64,000 bases of DNA from the human T2T-CHM13v2.0 reference genome, Homo sapiens. The stretch lies in NCBI RefSeq assembly GCF_009914755.1, contig NC_060927.1; one strand, written 5' to 3'. The position numbers and the translations under genes were made by a program. Below, in pieces: positions 27,988-39,618 of this stretch; the first letter of the stretch is position 1; each line of letters opens with the position of its first letter. Below the pieces are notes generated by a model. That model was not told the DNA's origin. It saw only the letters and a program-made list of their open reading frames with translations, and made no database searches.

Positions 27988-30423
27988 TGATATGGTTCGG
28001 ATCTTTGTCTCCACCCAAATGTCATGTCAAAGTGTAATCCCAAATGTTGAAGGTGGGGCCTGCTGGGAGGTGATTGGATTATAGGAGTGGTTTTATATGA
28101 ATGGTTTGGTACCATACCTTTGTTGCAGTTCTCATGAAAGTGAGTTCTCATGAAATCTGGTTGTTTAAAAGTGTGTGATATCTCCCTCCCTCCCTCCCTC
28201 TCTCTTCCTTCTGCTCTGGCATGTGACATGTCTGCTCCGCCTTCACCGTCTGCCATGATTGTAAGTTTTCTAAGGCCTCTCCAGAAACTAAGCAGATGCT
28301 GATATATTTCCTATAGAGCCTGCAAAACTGTGAGCCAATTTAACCTCTTTTCTCTATAAATTGCCAGTCTCAGGTTTTTCTTTGTAGCAATGTGAGAACA
28401 AATTAATACAAAAAATTGGTAAAAAGGCATATGGCATTGTGATACAAATACCTGAAAATGCGGAAGTAGTCTTGGAATTGGGTAAAAAGGCAGAAGTTGA
28501 GATAGTTTGGAGGGTTCAGAAGACAGGAAGATTAGGAAAAGTTTGTAACTTCCTAGAGACGGGTTGAATAGTAGTAACCAAAATGCTGACAGTGATATGG
28601 CCAGGCTGATGAGGTCTCAGATGAAAATGAGTAACTTATTGAGAACTAGAGCAAAAAACAATTTTAGCTTTTGCCTTAGCAAACAACTTGAATGCATTGT
28701 TCCCCTGCCCCAGGGATCTGTGGAACTACTAACTTGAAAGTGATGATTTAGGATTTCTGGTGGCAGAAATTTCTAAGCCCCAAAGTGTTCAAGAATTAGC
28801 CTGCTTCTAACATCCTGTGCTCATAAACATGAGCAAAGAAATGATGTAAAGTTGGAACTTATATTTAAAGGGGACATAGAGTATAAAAGTTTATAAAATT
28901 TGCATCCTGACCATATGATAAAGAAAATCACATATTCAGGAGCATTCAGTCAGACTACAGAAACTTGTGTATATAATCAGGAGCCAAGTGGTAATAGCCA
29001 GGAAATGGGGAAAAGGCCTTGAAGGCATTTCATAGAACTTTTCAGCAGCCCCTCCCATCACAGGCTTGGAAGCCTAAAACTGAATGATTTCCTGCACCAG
29101 GGCCAGGGCCCCGCTGCCCTATGCAGCTGCTGGAAACTGCTTCCTGCACCCTGGCTGTTTCAACTCCAGCTGTGGTACAAAAGGGCCCAGGTACAGCTTG
29201 GGCCACTGCTTCAGAGGGTGCAAGCACTAAAGCTCAGTAGCTTTTAAGTTGTGTTAAGCCCGTGGGTGCTCAGAGTGCAACAGTTGAGGCTTGGGAGCCT
29301 CCACTTAGATTTCAGAGGATTTATAGAAAAGCCTGGTGTCCAAGTGGAAGCTTGTTGCAGGGGTAGAGCCCTCTACTAGGGACACGTGGAAGGGAAACAT
29401 GCGGTTAGAGCACCCCACAAAGTCTCCACTGGGACACTGCCTATTGGAGCTGTGAGAAGAGGGCCACCATCCTCTAGACCCCAGAATGGTAAATCCATTG
29501 GCAGCTTGTACCCCACACCTGGAAAAGCTGTAAACAATGCTAGCTTATGAAAGCAGCTGGAGGGGTGGAGCCCTAAAAAGCCAAAAGGGCAGAGCTGCCC
29601 ATGGCCTTGAGAGCATACCCCTCATACCAGTGTGTCTTGGATGTGGGATATGTTGTCAAAGGTCAAAGATTATTTTGTTGCTTTAAGATTTAAACAGCTC
29701 TGCTGGGTTTTAGACTTGCATAGGCCTTGTAAACTCTTTCTTTTGGCAAATTTCTCCCTTTTGGAATGGAAGTAATTACCCAATATCTATATACCCTCAT
29801 CATATATTGGAAGTAATTAACTTGTTTTTAATTTTACAAGCTCATAGGAGGAGTGCGCTAGCCTTGTCTCAGGTGAGACTTTGCATTTTGGACTTCTGAA
29901 TTAATGCTGGAGTAAGTTAAGACTTTGGGGACTGCTGGGAGGCCATGGTTGTATTTTGCAATGTGAGAGGGACATGAGATTTTGGAGGGACCAGGAACAA
30001 AATGATTTGGTTTAAATGTGTTTCCCTACCCAAAACTCATGTCAAATTGTAATCCCAAGTGTTGGAGGTGGGGCCTGGTAAGAGGTGACTGGATCATAAG
30101 GACAGTTTCTCATGAATAGTTTAGCATCATCCTCTTAGTGCCGTTCTTGTGACAGTGAGTTCTCGTAAGATCTGGTTGTTTAAAAGTGTGTGGTATCTCC
30201 CCCTTTTCTATCTATCTTCCTTCTACTCTGGCCATGTGACATGTCTGCTACTTCTTCACATTCCATCATGATTGTAAATTTTCTGTGGCCTCTCCAGAAG
30301 CCAAGCAGATGCCCCTATGCTTCCTGTACAGCCTGAAGAACTGTGAGTCTACTAAACAATTTTTCTTTTTAAATTGCCCATTCTCAGGTATTTTTTGTAG
30401 CAATGTGAGAACAGACTAATACA
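27988..30423 (+). mobile_element. Complete MSTA-type MaLR element: LTR 27988-28410, internal region 28411-30002, LTR 30003-30423
   Basis: Two direct LTRs (TGAT(A/T)TGGTT...AATACA) around an MST-internal sequence ('aaattggt...ctgaaaatgcggaag...ggacatgagattttggaggg'); host L1 resumes on both sides; TSD degenerate (AATTG/GATGG). Confidence 0.92.
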
Positions 30424-30806
30424 GATGGACGTCATAAAATTTTTGGAAACAAATGTATATGGGTACATAATATAGCAAAACCTGTGGGATACAGCAAAAT
30501 CAGTACTAAAAGGAAAGTTTATAGTAATAAACACCTACATCAAAGAAGTAGAAATGTTTTAAATAAAACATCTAATGATGCATTTTAAGGAATTAACAAA
30601 GCAGAAACAGGTGAAACCCACTATCTGCAGAAAGAAACAATAAAAATCAGAGCAAAACTAAAAGTAATAGAGACTAAAAAAATAACAAAATGAAAAGTTA
30701 GTTTATTGAAAAGATTTTAAAAATTGATAAACCACTAGTGGGATTAACTAAGAAAAGAAGAGAGGACGCCTGAATAAACAAAATTAGAAATTAAAAAGGA
30801 AACAAT

Positions 30807-31812
30807 CAAAATATAACAGATGCCGAAGAGGCTGCAGAGAAAAGAGAATGCTTATATACTGTTGGTGGGATTGTAAATTAGTTGATCCATTGTGGAAAGC
30901 AGTTTGAGGATATCTCAAGGAATTCATTTTTTTATTTTTATTTATTTATTTATTTATTTATTTGAGACGGAGTTTTGCTCTTGTTTTTGAGACAGAGTTT
31001 CGCTCTCGGCTGGAGTGCGATGGTGCAATCAACTCACTGCAACCTCTGCCTCCCAGGTTCAAGCAATTCTGCTGCCTCAGCCTCCTGAGTAGCTGGTATT
31101 ACAGGCATGCACCACCATGCCTGGCTAATTTTGTATTTTTAGTGGAGACGGGGTTCCTCCCTGTTGGTCAGGCTGGTCTCGAACTCCTGACCTCAGGTGA
31201 TCCACCTGCTTCCGCCTCCCAAAGTGCTGGGATTACAGGCAGGAGCCACCAACAGAACTACCATTTGACCCCCCAATTACTGGGTATATATCCATAGGAA
31301 AATAAATCATTCTACAAAAAAAAAAAAGACACATGCACTCATATGTTTATTGCAGCACTATTCACAATAGCAAAGACAGGGAATCCACCTAGATTCCCAT
31401 CAATGATGGATTACATAAAGAAGATGTGGTAAAAATACATCATGGAATTCTACAGAACCAGAAAAAAAAAATGAATGAAATTGTGTTATTTGCATCAACA
31501 TGGATGTAGCTAGAGGCTATTATCCTAAATGAATTAATGCAGGAACAGAATACCAAATACCACACATATTCTCATTTATAAGTGGGAACTAAGCATTGGG
31601 CACACAAAGACACAAAGATGGGAACAACAGGCACTGGAGACTCCAAAAAGAGGGGAAGGAGGGAGATAAGGCTGAAAAACTACTTGTTGGTTACTGTACT
31701 CACTACCTGAATGGCCAGATCATTCATACCCCAAACCTCAGCATCATGCGATATACCCATGTAATAAATTGCACATGTATCCCTTCCATCTAAAAGTGCA
31801 GCTGAATTTTTT
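30807..31812 (+). mobile_element. L1PA16-like 3' fragment nested in the L1MA
   Basis: ORF2 end plus 3'UTR 'ctcactacctgaatggccagatcattcataccccaaacctcagcatc'; degenerate TSD ending in ACAAT on both sides. Confidence 0.85.
30927..31250 (-). mobile_element. AluSp/Sq with duplicated 3' terminus
   Basis: (TTTA)n tail; 'tttgagacggagttttgctcttg' followed by 'tttttgagacagagtttcgctctc'; ends at 'gagccacc'. Confidence 0.93.
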
Positions 31813-32022
31813 ATAAGTAGACAATATAACTGATACAACAGAATTACAAAAAGTAATTAGAGAATATTGTATATAACTATTCTCTAACAAATCGGAAAAC
31901 CTAGAGGAAATGAGAAAATTCCTAAAAACATACAAACTACCGAGATTGAATTAAAAAGAAATAAAAACCTGAACAGGCCAATAACAAGTAGTAAGATTAA
32001 ATCTGAAATAAAGTTTTGCATC

Positions 32023-32310
<288 letters not shown>

Positions 32311-33342
32311 ATGCAAAAAAGTCTCCTATCAAAAAAAAGCCTAGGATCAGATGCATTAAATGCCAAATTCTACCAAATGTATAAAGAACTAATACAAGTC
32401 TTCCTCAAACTATTCCAAAATATTGAAGAAGAGGGAACTCTCTTTAACTGGTTCTGTGAAGCCAGCATTACCCTGACATCGAAACCAGAAAAAGACACAA
32501 CAAGAAGAGAAAACGACAGGTCAATATCCCTGATGAACATGGACACAAAAATCAACAGAATACTAGGAAATTGAATTCAACATCACATAAAAAATCTAAT
32601 ACACCATGATCAAGTGAGATTTATACTAGAGGTATTAGGATGGTTTAAGATATGAAAATCAATAAATGTGATATATCATGCCAACAGAATGAAGGACAAA
32701 AACAATAGGATCATCTCAATAGACATGGAAAAATCATTTGATAAATCAACATCGCTTCATGATTAAAAACTCAAACTAGGTGTAGAAGGAACATATTTCA
32801 AAATAATAAAGGTCATATATGGCAAACCCACAGCTGACATCACACTGAACAAGGAAAAGTTGAAAGCATTTTCTCTAAGACCTGGAATAAGACAAGAATA
32901 ACCACTTTCACCACCTTTAACCAAAATAGTGTTGGAGGTCCTAACTGGAACAACCAGGCGAGAGAAAGAAATAAAAAACATCCAAATTGGAAAGAAGTAA
33001 GTCAAACTGTCCCTCTTTGTAGATTCCATAATCTTACATTTGGGAAACCTAAACACTCCACCAAAAACTCTTAGAACTGATAAACAAATTCAGTAAATTT
33101 GCAGGATGAAAAACAATAAAAAAAATCAGTAGCATTTCTACACACCAATAAGAAATAAATAAGGCAGTCTCACTCGCAATACCCACAAAAATTGTAAAAT
33201 ACAATAAAATAAATAGAAATTAATTTAACCAAGGAGGTAAAAGATCTCTGCAAGAAAGACTACAAAACACTGATGAAAGAAATTGTAGAGGAGACATACA
33301 AATGGAAAGACATCACATGTTTACGAATCAGAAGAATTAATA

Positions 33343-34403
33343 CAAGAGCCAAGATGGCTGATTAGAAGAAACCAGGAAGAACTTCTCCCACTGATACCAG
33401 AACATAAAATCGACGGGCAAACTGCGAGCAGATCTTAGGAAAGAAGGCATCGAGAGTGGATAGAAGGAGGACACAGGCCCTGGGGCTAAATCAGAAGAAG
33501 GCTAGGAACCCCGTACAAGTTTGCTGAGCACAAGGATTCATTCCTGGCACCCAGCAACTTCTAGGGGAGGGGTCAGTGAAATATACATGGAGTGGGCCAC
33601 TCTCACCACCAATCTCTGGAATCCTAGCTGCAGAGACCCCCACAATCCCCATGGACATTTGAATTGACAGGGAGAACTGCACGGAGTGTTGGCAGAGACA
33701 GAACTGGAGACTGCACAGTGCCTAGAAGGTTTGTCATGGGGATAGCTGCTGTGGAGCATAGCCATGGACTTCCATCGGCCAAAGCTTGCCATACTCTTCT
33801 AGGTGGCTTTAGTCTTTGTTAGCTGCCAGCATGGAGAGCGCAAGGCTGTTTTGACCATGGGACAGAGCCAGACTGATCCGAATGCCCCCTGTCTGCTAGT
33901 CTCTCCCGCAATTCCTGCCTGGCTGCATCCTCTGAAGCATTTGCCAGTGGCCACCACCATAACTCTTTTGTCAGCAGCCCCCACCCTTCCATCAGAGTGC
34001 TTTTGCAGAGGATCTCCTACCAGTGGGCATTTCCCCCACAGACTCCCCTTCACATATGCACTTGGGGACCTGCTGCTCCTCTGGCATGCATGCACTCGTG
34101 GCTGACTCATATTTTCACTTATAAGTGGGAGATAAACATTGAGTACACATGGACAAAAAGATGGGGACAATAGACACTGATGCCTACTTGAGAGAGGAGG
34201 GTGAGAGGAGGATGAGGATCAATAGCAACCTATCAGGTACTGTGCTCACTGGTGGCAAAATCATTTGTATACCAAACCCCAGCGACATAGAATCTAACCA
34301 TGTAACAAACCTGCACATGTACCCCCAAAACCTAAAATAAAAAATGAAAAAAAATCCAATGATTAAAATGTTAACAAAATTTTTTATTAATAGATTTTTA
34401 GAA
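33343..34403 (+). mobile_element. Internally deleted L1 (L1P4/PA15-16-like): 5'UTR 33343-~34105 fused to 3'UTR ~34106-34354
   Basis: Starts with the L1 5' motif 'gccaagatggc'; ends with L1PA15/16-type 3'UTR and A-tail; TSD AGAAG(A/T)ATTAATA at 33330-33342 and 34404-34416. Confidence 0.8.
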
Positions 34404-36339
34404 AGAAGTATTAATATTGTTAAAATGACCATACTGCACAAAGCAAACTACAGATTCAGTACAATCCCTATCAAAATACCAATGTCATTATTCACAAATA
34501 CAGTAAAAATTATTCTAAAATTTACGTGAAACCAAAAAAAAAAAAAAAAAGCCAATTAGCCAAAGCAATCCTGAACAATAAGAACAAAGCTGGAGGCATC
34601 ACACTCTCTAGCCTCAAAATATATTATGAGGCTACAGTAACCATAATAGCATGGCACTGGTATAAAAACAGACACTGACCAATGGAACGAAACAGAGAAC
34701 CCAGAAATGAATTCATACATTAACAGCCAAGTCATTTTCAACAAGGTACCAAGAAATTTCAGTGAAGGAAGGGTGGTTTTTTCAATAAATGATACTGGGA
34801 AAACTAGACATCCAAATTCAGAAGAATAAAACTAGACCTCTATGTCTCACCACATAACAAAAATCAACTCAAGATGAATTAGAAACATATGTAAGACCTG
34901 AACATATAAAACAGGTGGAAGAAAACAGGGAAAACTCTTTAATACATTGATCTAGTGTAAGTTTTTGTGGCTAAGGTCTCAAAAGCACAGACAACAAAAA
35001 CAAAAATAAACAAATGATACTATGTTAAATGTCAAAGCTTCCTCACAGGAAAGAAAACATTCAAAAGCATAAAGAAACAACCTGTTGAATGGAAGAATAT
35101 ATTTGCAAATGATTCTTCAATAGAGGACTGATATTCAGAATATACAAGGAGTTCAAAATACTCAACAATTAAAACTACATATAATCCCATTAAAAAGTGA
35201 GCAAAAAACATTAATAGACATTTCTCAAAAAAAAGTCATATAAATGACCCACAGGTATGTGAAAAAATGCTCAACATTCTAATCATCATGATAATGCAAT
35301 CAAAGCCACAATAACATATCGTCTTACCCAAGTTAGAACAGCTATTATTAAAAAGACAAAAATAACAGATATTTGTGAGTATGTGAAGAAAAGGAAACTA
35401 TTATACATTTTGGCAGAAATGTAAATTAGTGCAACCATTAGGGAAAAGAATATGGAAATTTCTCCAAAAACTAAAAATAGAACCACTGTACAATCCAGTA
35501 ATCCCAGTACTAGATATCTATTGAAAGGAAAAGAGTTCAGGATATTAAAGGGATACCTGCACTCATGTGTTTGTCACAGCATTATTTACAATAACAAAGA
35601 TATGGAATCAATTTAAGTGTCATTCAACAAACAAATAAAGAAAATGTGGTTTATATACACAATGAAATACTATTCAGCCATAGAAAATAAGGAACCCGTG
35701 TCATATAACTTTTGGCTTTTGGTCTGATGCCATCCTCTGTTTCATATTTGTTTTCTTTCTCTTCTTCAACTTGCTACTAAAATACTTCACTTAATCATAA
35801 GCTTTCTTATCTCAACAGCTGTCAAGTTCCTTGTATGTTGTATTGGGTATCTGTCTCTTGGGAATTAGTATGTCATTGTTATCTTTTATTTACTTGTTGT
35901 GTTGCCTATTCTATTGCAACTTTTTAAAGTCAGATAACTGTTTTATGTATCTTTGTATTCATAGTGCCTAACTTAGTAAGCCCAGTAAGATTGAATAAAA
36001 AATAAAAGAAGGAAAAGATGGCTAAGATAGGTCAATTATCATTAGACATTTTGATTATTAGACTTAATCTCATAGGCTATGTGGATCATCTCTGGTTTCT
36101 TGACCAAGATAAAGACAGCTACCATTTTGAAGTTCTTAATTTTATTTTGAATTTGTATATTATAAGTAAGATATGATAGGACAAGAGAGCATGGGCCAAG
36201 GAAGCAGGGTCATGGAGCTTAGGCTTATGTGTGGGCCCCCTTTTACAGTCTTCCTGCCGACCAAGAGGGATCTTCGGCTATCCACTACATAGCTCATGGG
36301 CCACTGGACCACTCTCCCAAACGCAAATCCCACTCAGTG

Positions 36340-36511
36340 ACTACTGTATCCCTTTCTAACTGTTTTTCGGTACCCATTAACCATCCCCACCCTCCCACTA
36401 CCCTTTCCAGACTCTGATAAGCATGCTTCTACTCTCTGTCTCCATGAATTAAATTGTTTTGATTTTTAGATCCCACAAATAAGTAAGAACATGGGATGTT
36501 TGTCTTTCTGT
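36340..36511 (-). mobile_element. L1MA 3'UTR fragment
   Basis: 'gtacccattaaccatcccc...ctactctctgtctccatg...tttttagatcccacaaataag'. Confidence 0.8.
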
Positions 36512-36581
36512 AAGACCCCACCTCTTCATACTATCACCTTGGATTCTAAGTTGGAGGAAGACATACACTCAAATCATAGCA
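36512..36581 (-). mobile_element. MaLR (MLT1A/MSTD-like) LTR terminal fragment
   Basis: 'ccccacctcttcatactatcaccttgg...acactcaaatcatagca'. Confidence 0.55.
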
Positions 36582-36735
36582 AATGACAACCAGATATATG
36601 AAATGGTGCTCCACATCACTAATCATCTGGAAAATGCAAATCAAAATCACAATGCTTTATCATCTCATACCTGGTAGGATGACTATTACCAAAAAACAAA
36701 AGATGGCAGTCATTGGCAAGGATGTGGAGAAATTA
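36582..36735 (+). mobile_element. L1M ORF2 3' fragment
   Basis: 'gctccacatcactaatcatc...aaatgcaaatcaaaatcacaatg...ggcaaggatgtggagaaa'. Confidence 0.8.
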
Positions 36736-37189
36736 AGCTAACATTTTTGTAGCTAGTTTACAAAACCACCAAACTACTGTTTAGTCTCAAAGAAGAATTC
36801 ATTCTGAATTTATAATTATTTATTTTGAAAATTAATGATTTTCTAAACAAATTTGACAAAAGTAAACCAAAGTTGAGGCATTAATTTTTGAGACAGAGTT
36901 ACTTGTACATATATGTATTTGGCCTCTTCTGTGTTCTGCAATTAAGGCAAAACATTGTTATTAAATTATGGTATATGATGTAATAACCTTATCTACTTAA
37001 AGACCATTTTTGCTATAAAATCTACAGAAAATTTTTTTTTATAAATATACATATAAATACTTTTAAATAATGTTTTCTCTTCTGAAAAATAACCTGCAAT
37101 AATGTTAGGGTAATTTTTTTTAAAAGAAGGTGCTCTCTAAAACAATTAGAATGTAGAATATGCCCAACATTCAGTTATGACTTACCATA

Positions 37190-37601
37190 GGTGATAGATT
37201 GTTACAATATTGGGCAGTGAATCATATCTCTTTGTGTCAACACCATTGTATAGCCTCATTGACTCCAGCTTAGTCATGTTACTTGCTTTGACTAATGGAA
37301 CAGTATCATTTGTGTGTTGAGATTTATCCTTTGTTGTTTCCTAAGACCTCCTGCTGAGAAAGCTTTCACTAACTAATGCAATATAGGACCATGGACCATG
37401 CAGAATCAGTCTCAGCTAAGGTCAGCAATACCAATGATCCTCCAACCAATAGACCATACCTGTAACCAGTGGAACTTCTCAGCTGAGTCCAGTCCAAATT
37501 TCTGGTCCACAACATCACAACATCACAAACAAATTAAGTGTTCTTGTTTTAATCCACTAAGTTTTGGAGTGATTTGTTATGCAGAAGTAAATAACCAATA
37601 C
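37190..37601 (+). mobile_element. MLT1G/H-like MaLR LTR
   Basis: 'tcatgttacttgctttgactaatgg' and 3' terminus 'ttttaatccactaagttttggagtgatttgttatgcag...aataaccaatac'. Confidence 0.7.
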
Positions 37602-38694
37602 GCTCTATATTGTTTTCAGTTATTTTTAAGAATGTATTATTGATATATCCTACCAAACTGACAAATATATCAGCTTTTGCTGTGGACCACAGCAGCATCT
37701 GGATTTAGTATTTCTCCGCAGGCTTATATGATCAAGGGGCAGTTTCTGTTGGAGTGACAGTTTATTGTCCCATGACCATTTCAAATTCTCCCTGCTGACA
37801 GCAACTGTAAGAGTTTTAATAATGATAATATTCATGATAATATGCATTTCTAGCTACTAGCAACAAAGTAGAGACAAGCCAATATGTTTCAAGTTAGCTG
37901 CTACAATAGCTTCTAGATGGTAAGAGTGATAAATACCTTAATAATTTAGATTGGAATGAGTCTCCTATTAGCGAAACTTATTAATAGTACTAAGAGCTCT
38001 AAGTTGCTCTGTTTTCCAATAACTCCCTTTGGAAATTGTGGTAATGTAGACTGAACCATTTTAGAAACATTAAGTGTTTTCACTTGACTAATGTTGGGCA
38101 TTTTAGAAATATGCATATTTTATTGTTTTAAATAATTTGAAAGGTGAATCATGCAAAATTAAAGTTTCCTGACTTTTTCTGAGAAAAATGAATCGATGGA
38201 GCTATTGTAAGTTTAAATATTTGCAGAAATAACGTTTATTGACTTCAATTTATTGTATTTCTTGAAAAAAATTAGACTGTCTTAATTGTACAGTTCTTTC
38301 AGTCATTCTACTATTTGAGCACTGATCATGTGCATAACGTGATAGGGAGTGGTGGTGGCGTTGGAGAATTTTGATATGAAAGATATGGAAATGAGATACC
38401 AGACATATGTAAATAATTAATATTCAACAGAAGTTCAGAGCATTTGTAACAGAAATAAATTCAAAGTTTGCTGGAAGTAAACATTCGTAACCTAAAAGTG
38501 TCTGATATGTGTAGATAAATAATTATCTCTAGATTTCAGTCAAAATGAACACAAAGTAACAAAGATACTCATTACCGTGAAACTTCTGAACAGAAATGGA
38601 AAATAAATAATAATTCAAAAACCAAAGTGGAAAGCACAATTTTCTACAAAGGTATACAAGTTATGTTGACCTCAGACTTCTCCACAACAGTTCT

Positions 38695-38997
38695 TTTTTT
38701 TTTTTTTAGACAGAGTTTCACTCTTGTTGCCCAGGCTGGAGAGCAATGGCGCGATCTCAGCTCACCACAATCTCAGCCTCCCAAGTCCAAGAAATTCTCC
38801 TGCCTCAGCCTCCTGAGTAGTTGGGATTACAGGCATGTGCCACCACACCCGGCTAGTTTTTTTTTTTGTATTTTTAGTAGAGAGGGGGTTTCTTCATGTT
38901 GGTTAGGCTGGTCTTGAACTCCCGACCTCAGGTGATCTCTGCCTGCCTCGGCCTCCCAAAGTGCTGAGATTACAGGCGTGAGCCACCGCGCCCTGTC
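38695..38997 (-). mobile_element. AluSp
   Basis: Full dimer; TSD TCCACAACAGTTCT at 38681-38694 and 38998-39011. Confidence 0.96.
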
Positions 38998-39554
38998 TCC
39001 ACAACAGTTCTGTGTAGATGTTTGTTTAGTCTGCTTTCCAGACAATTGGACAAAATACATATTGTGTGTGCCACAAAAGAACCCAATTCCAGGCACTGTG
39101 TGAGATCAAAGAATAGGGAAAACATGAGCCTTCCTTGGATTTATCTCAATATGATGAGAAAAAGACAGATATGAAAGTCACTGGATAGTCAAAATATAAG
39201 ATAATAGTAAGTTTTATATAAAAGTAGTAAGGAAATACAGAGAAGATTAATTCCAAATGGTAGATTTTGCAATGATTCATGGAGAAATAACATTTTATCT
39301 TCCCTTCCCCCATCGCTCTTGATAAGGGGGAAGTCAAAGGGTATTCCTACTAGAGAGTATAGTTGGATGGCAGAATTGAGCTGGAAATTTCAAAGCTCGA
39401 AAGGACTGATAGTCCTATCAGACTGTGGGGAGTAGAAAAAGCTTCCCAAGCGGTGGGGAGGAGGTACTCACTGGGTTTCAAGCACACAAAGATGTTGAAA
39501 CCACTAGGCTTCAGGGAAACTTCAGAGTTTAGATTGGTTAGTTCCCTCTTGCAG

Positions 39555-39618
39555 GCAAGCCACCTCCTTACTTACCCAAGTGTGCGTGCCCTTAAAATTA
39601 GCTTCCTTCCACAACCTG
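39555..39618 (+). other. Candidate exon (unverified)
   Basis: Acceptor TTCCCTCTTGCAG, donor CTG|GTAAGG; 64 nt. Confidence 0.25.

Noticed and set aside
30962-31297. Alu-derived ORFs (also at 11912, 38627, 54266, 60004, 61096)
   Set aside because: Typical Alu translation artefacts ([20 protein letters not shown])
38400-38694. Possible HAL1/L1 ORF1 remnant ('gacctcagacttctccacaac')
   Set aside because: Only one short motif supports it
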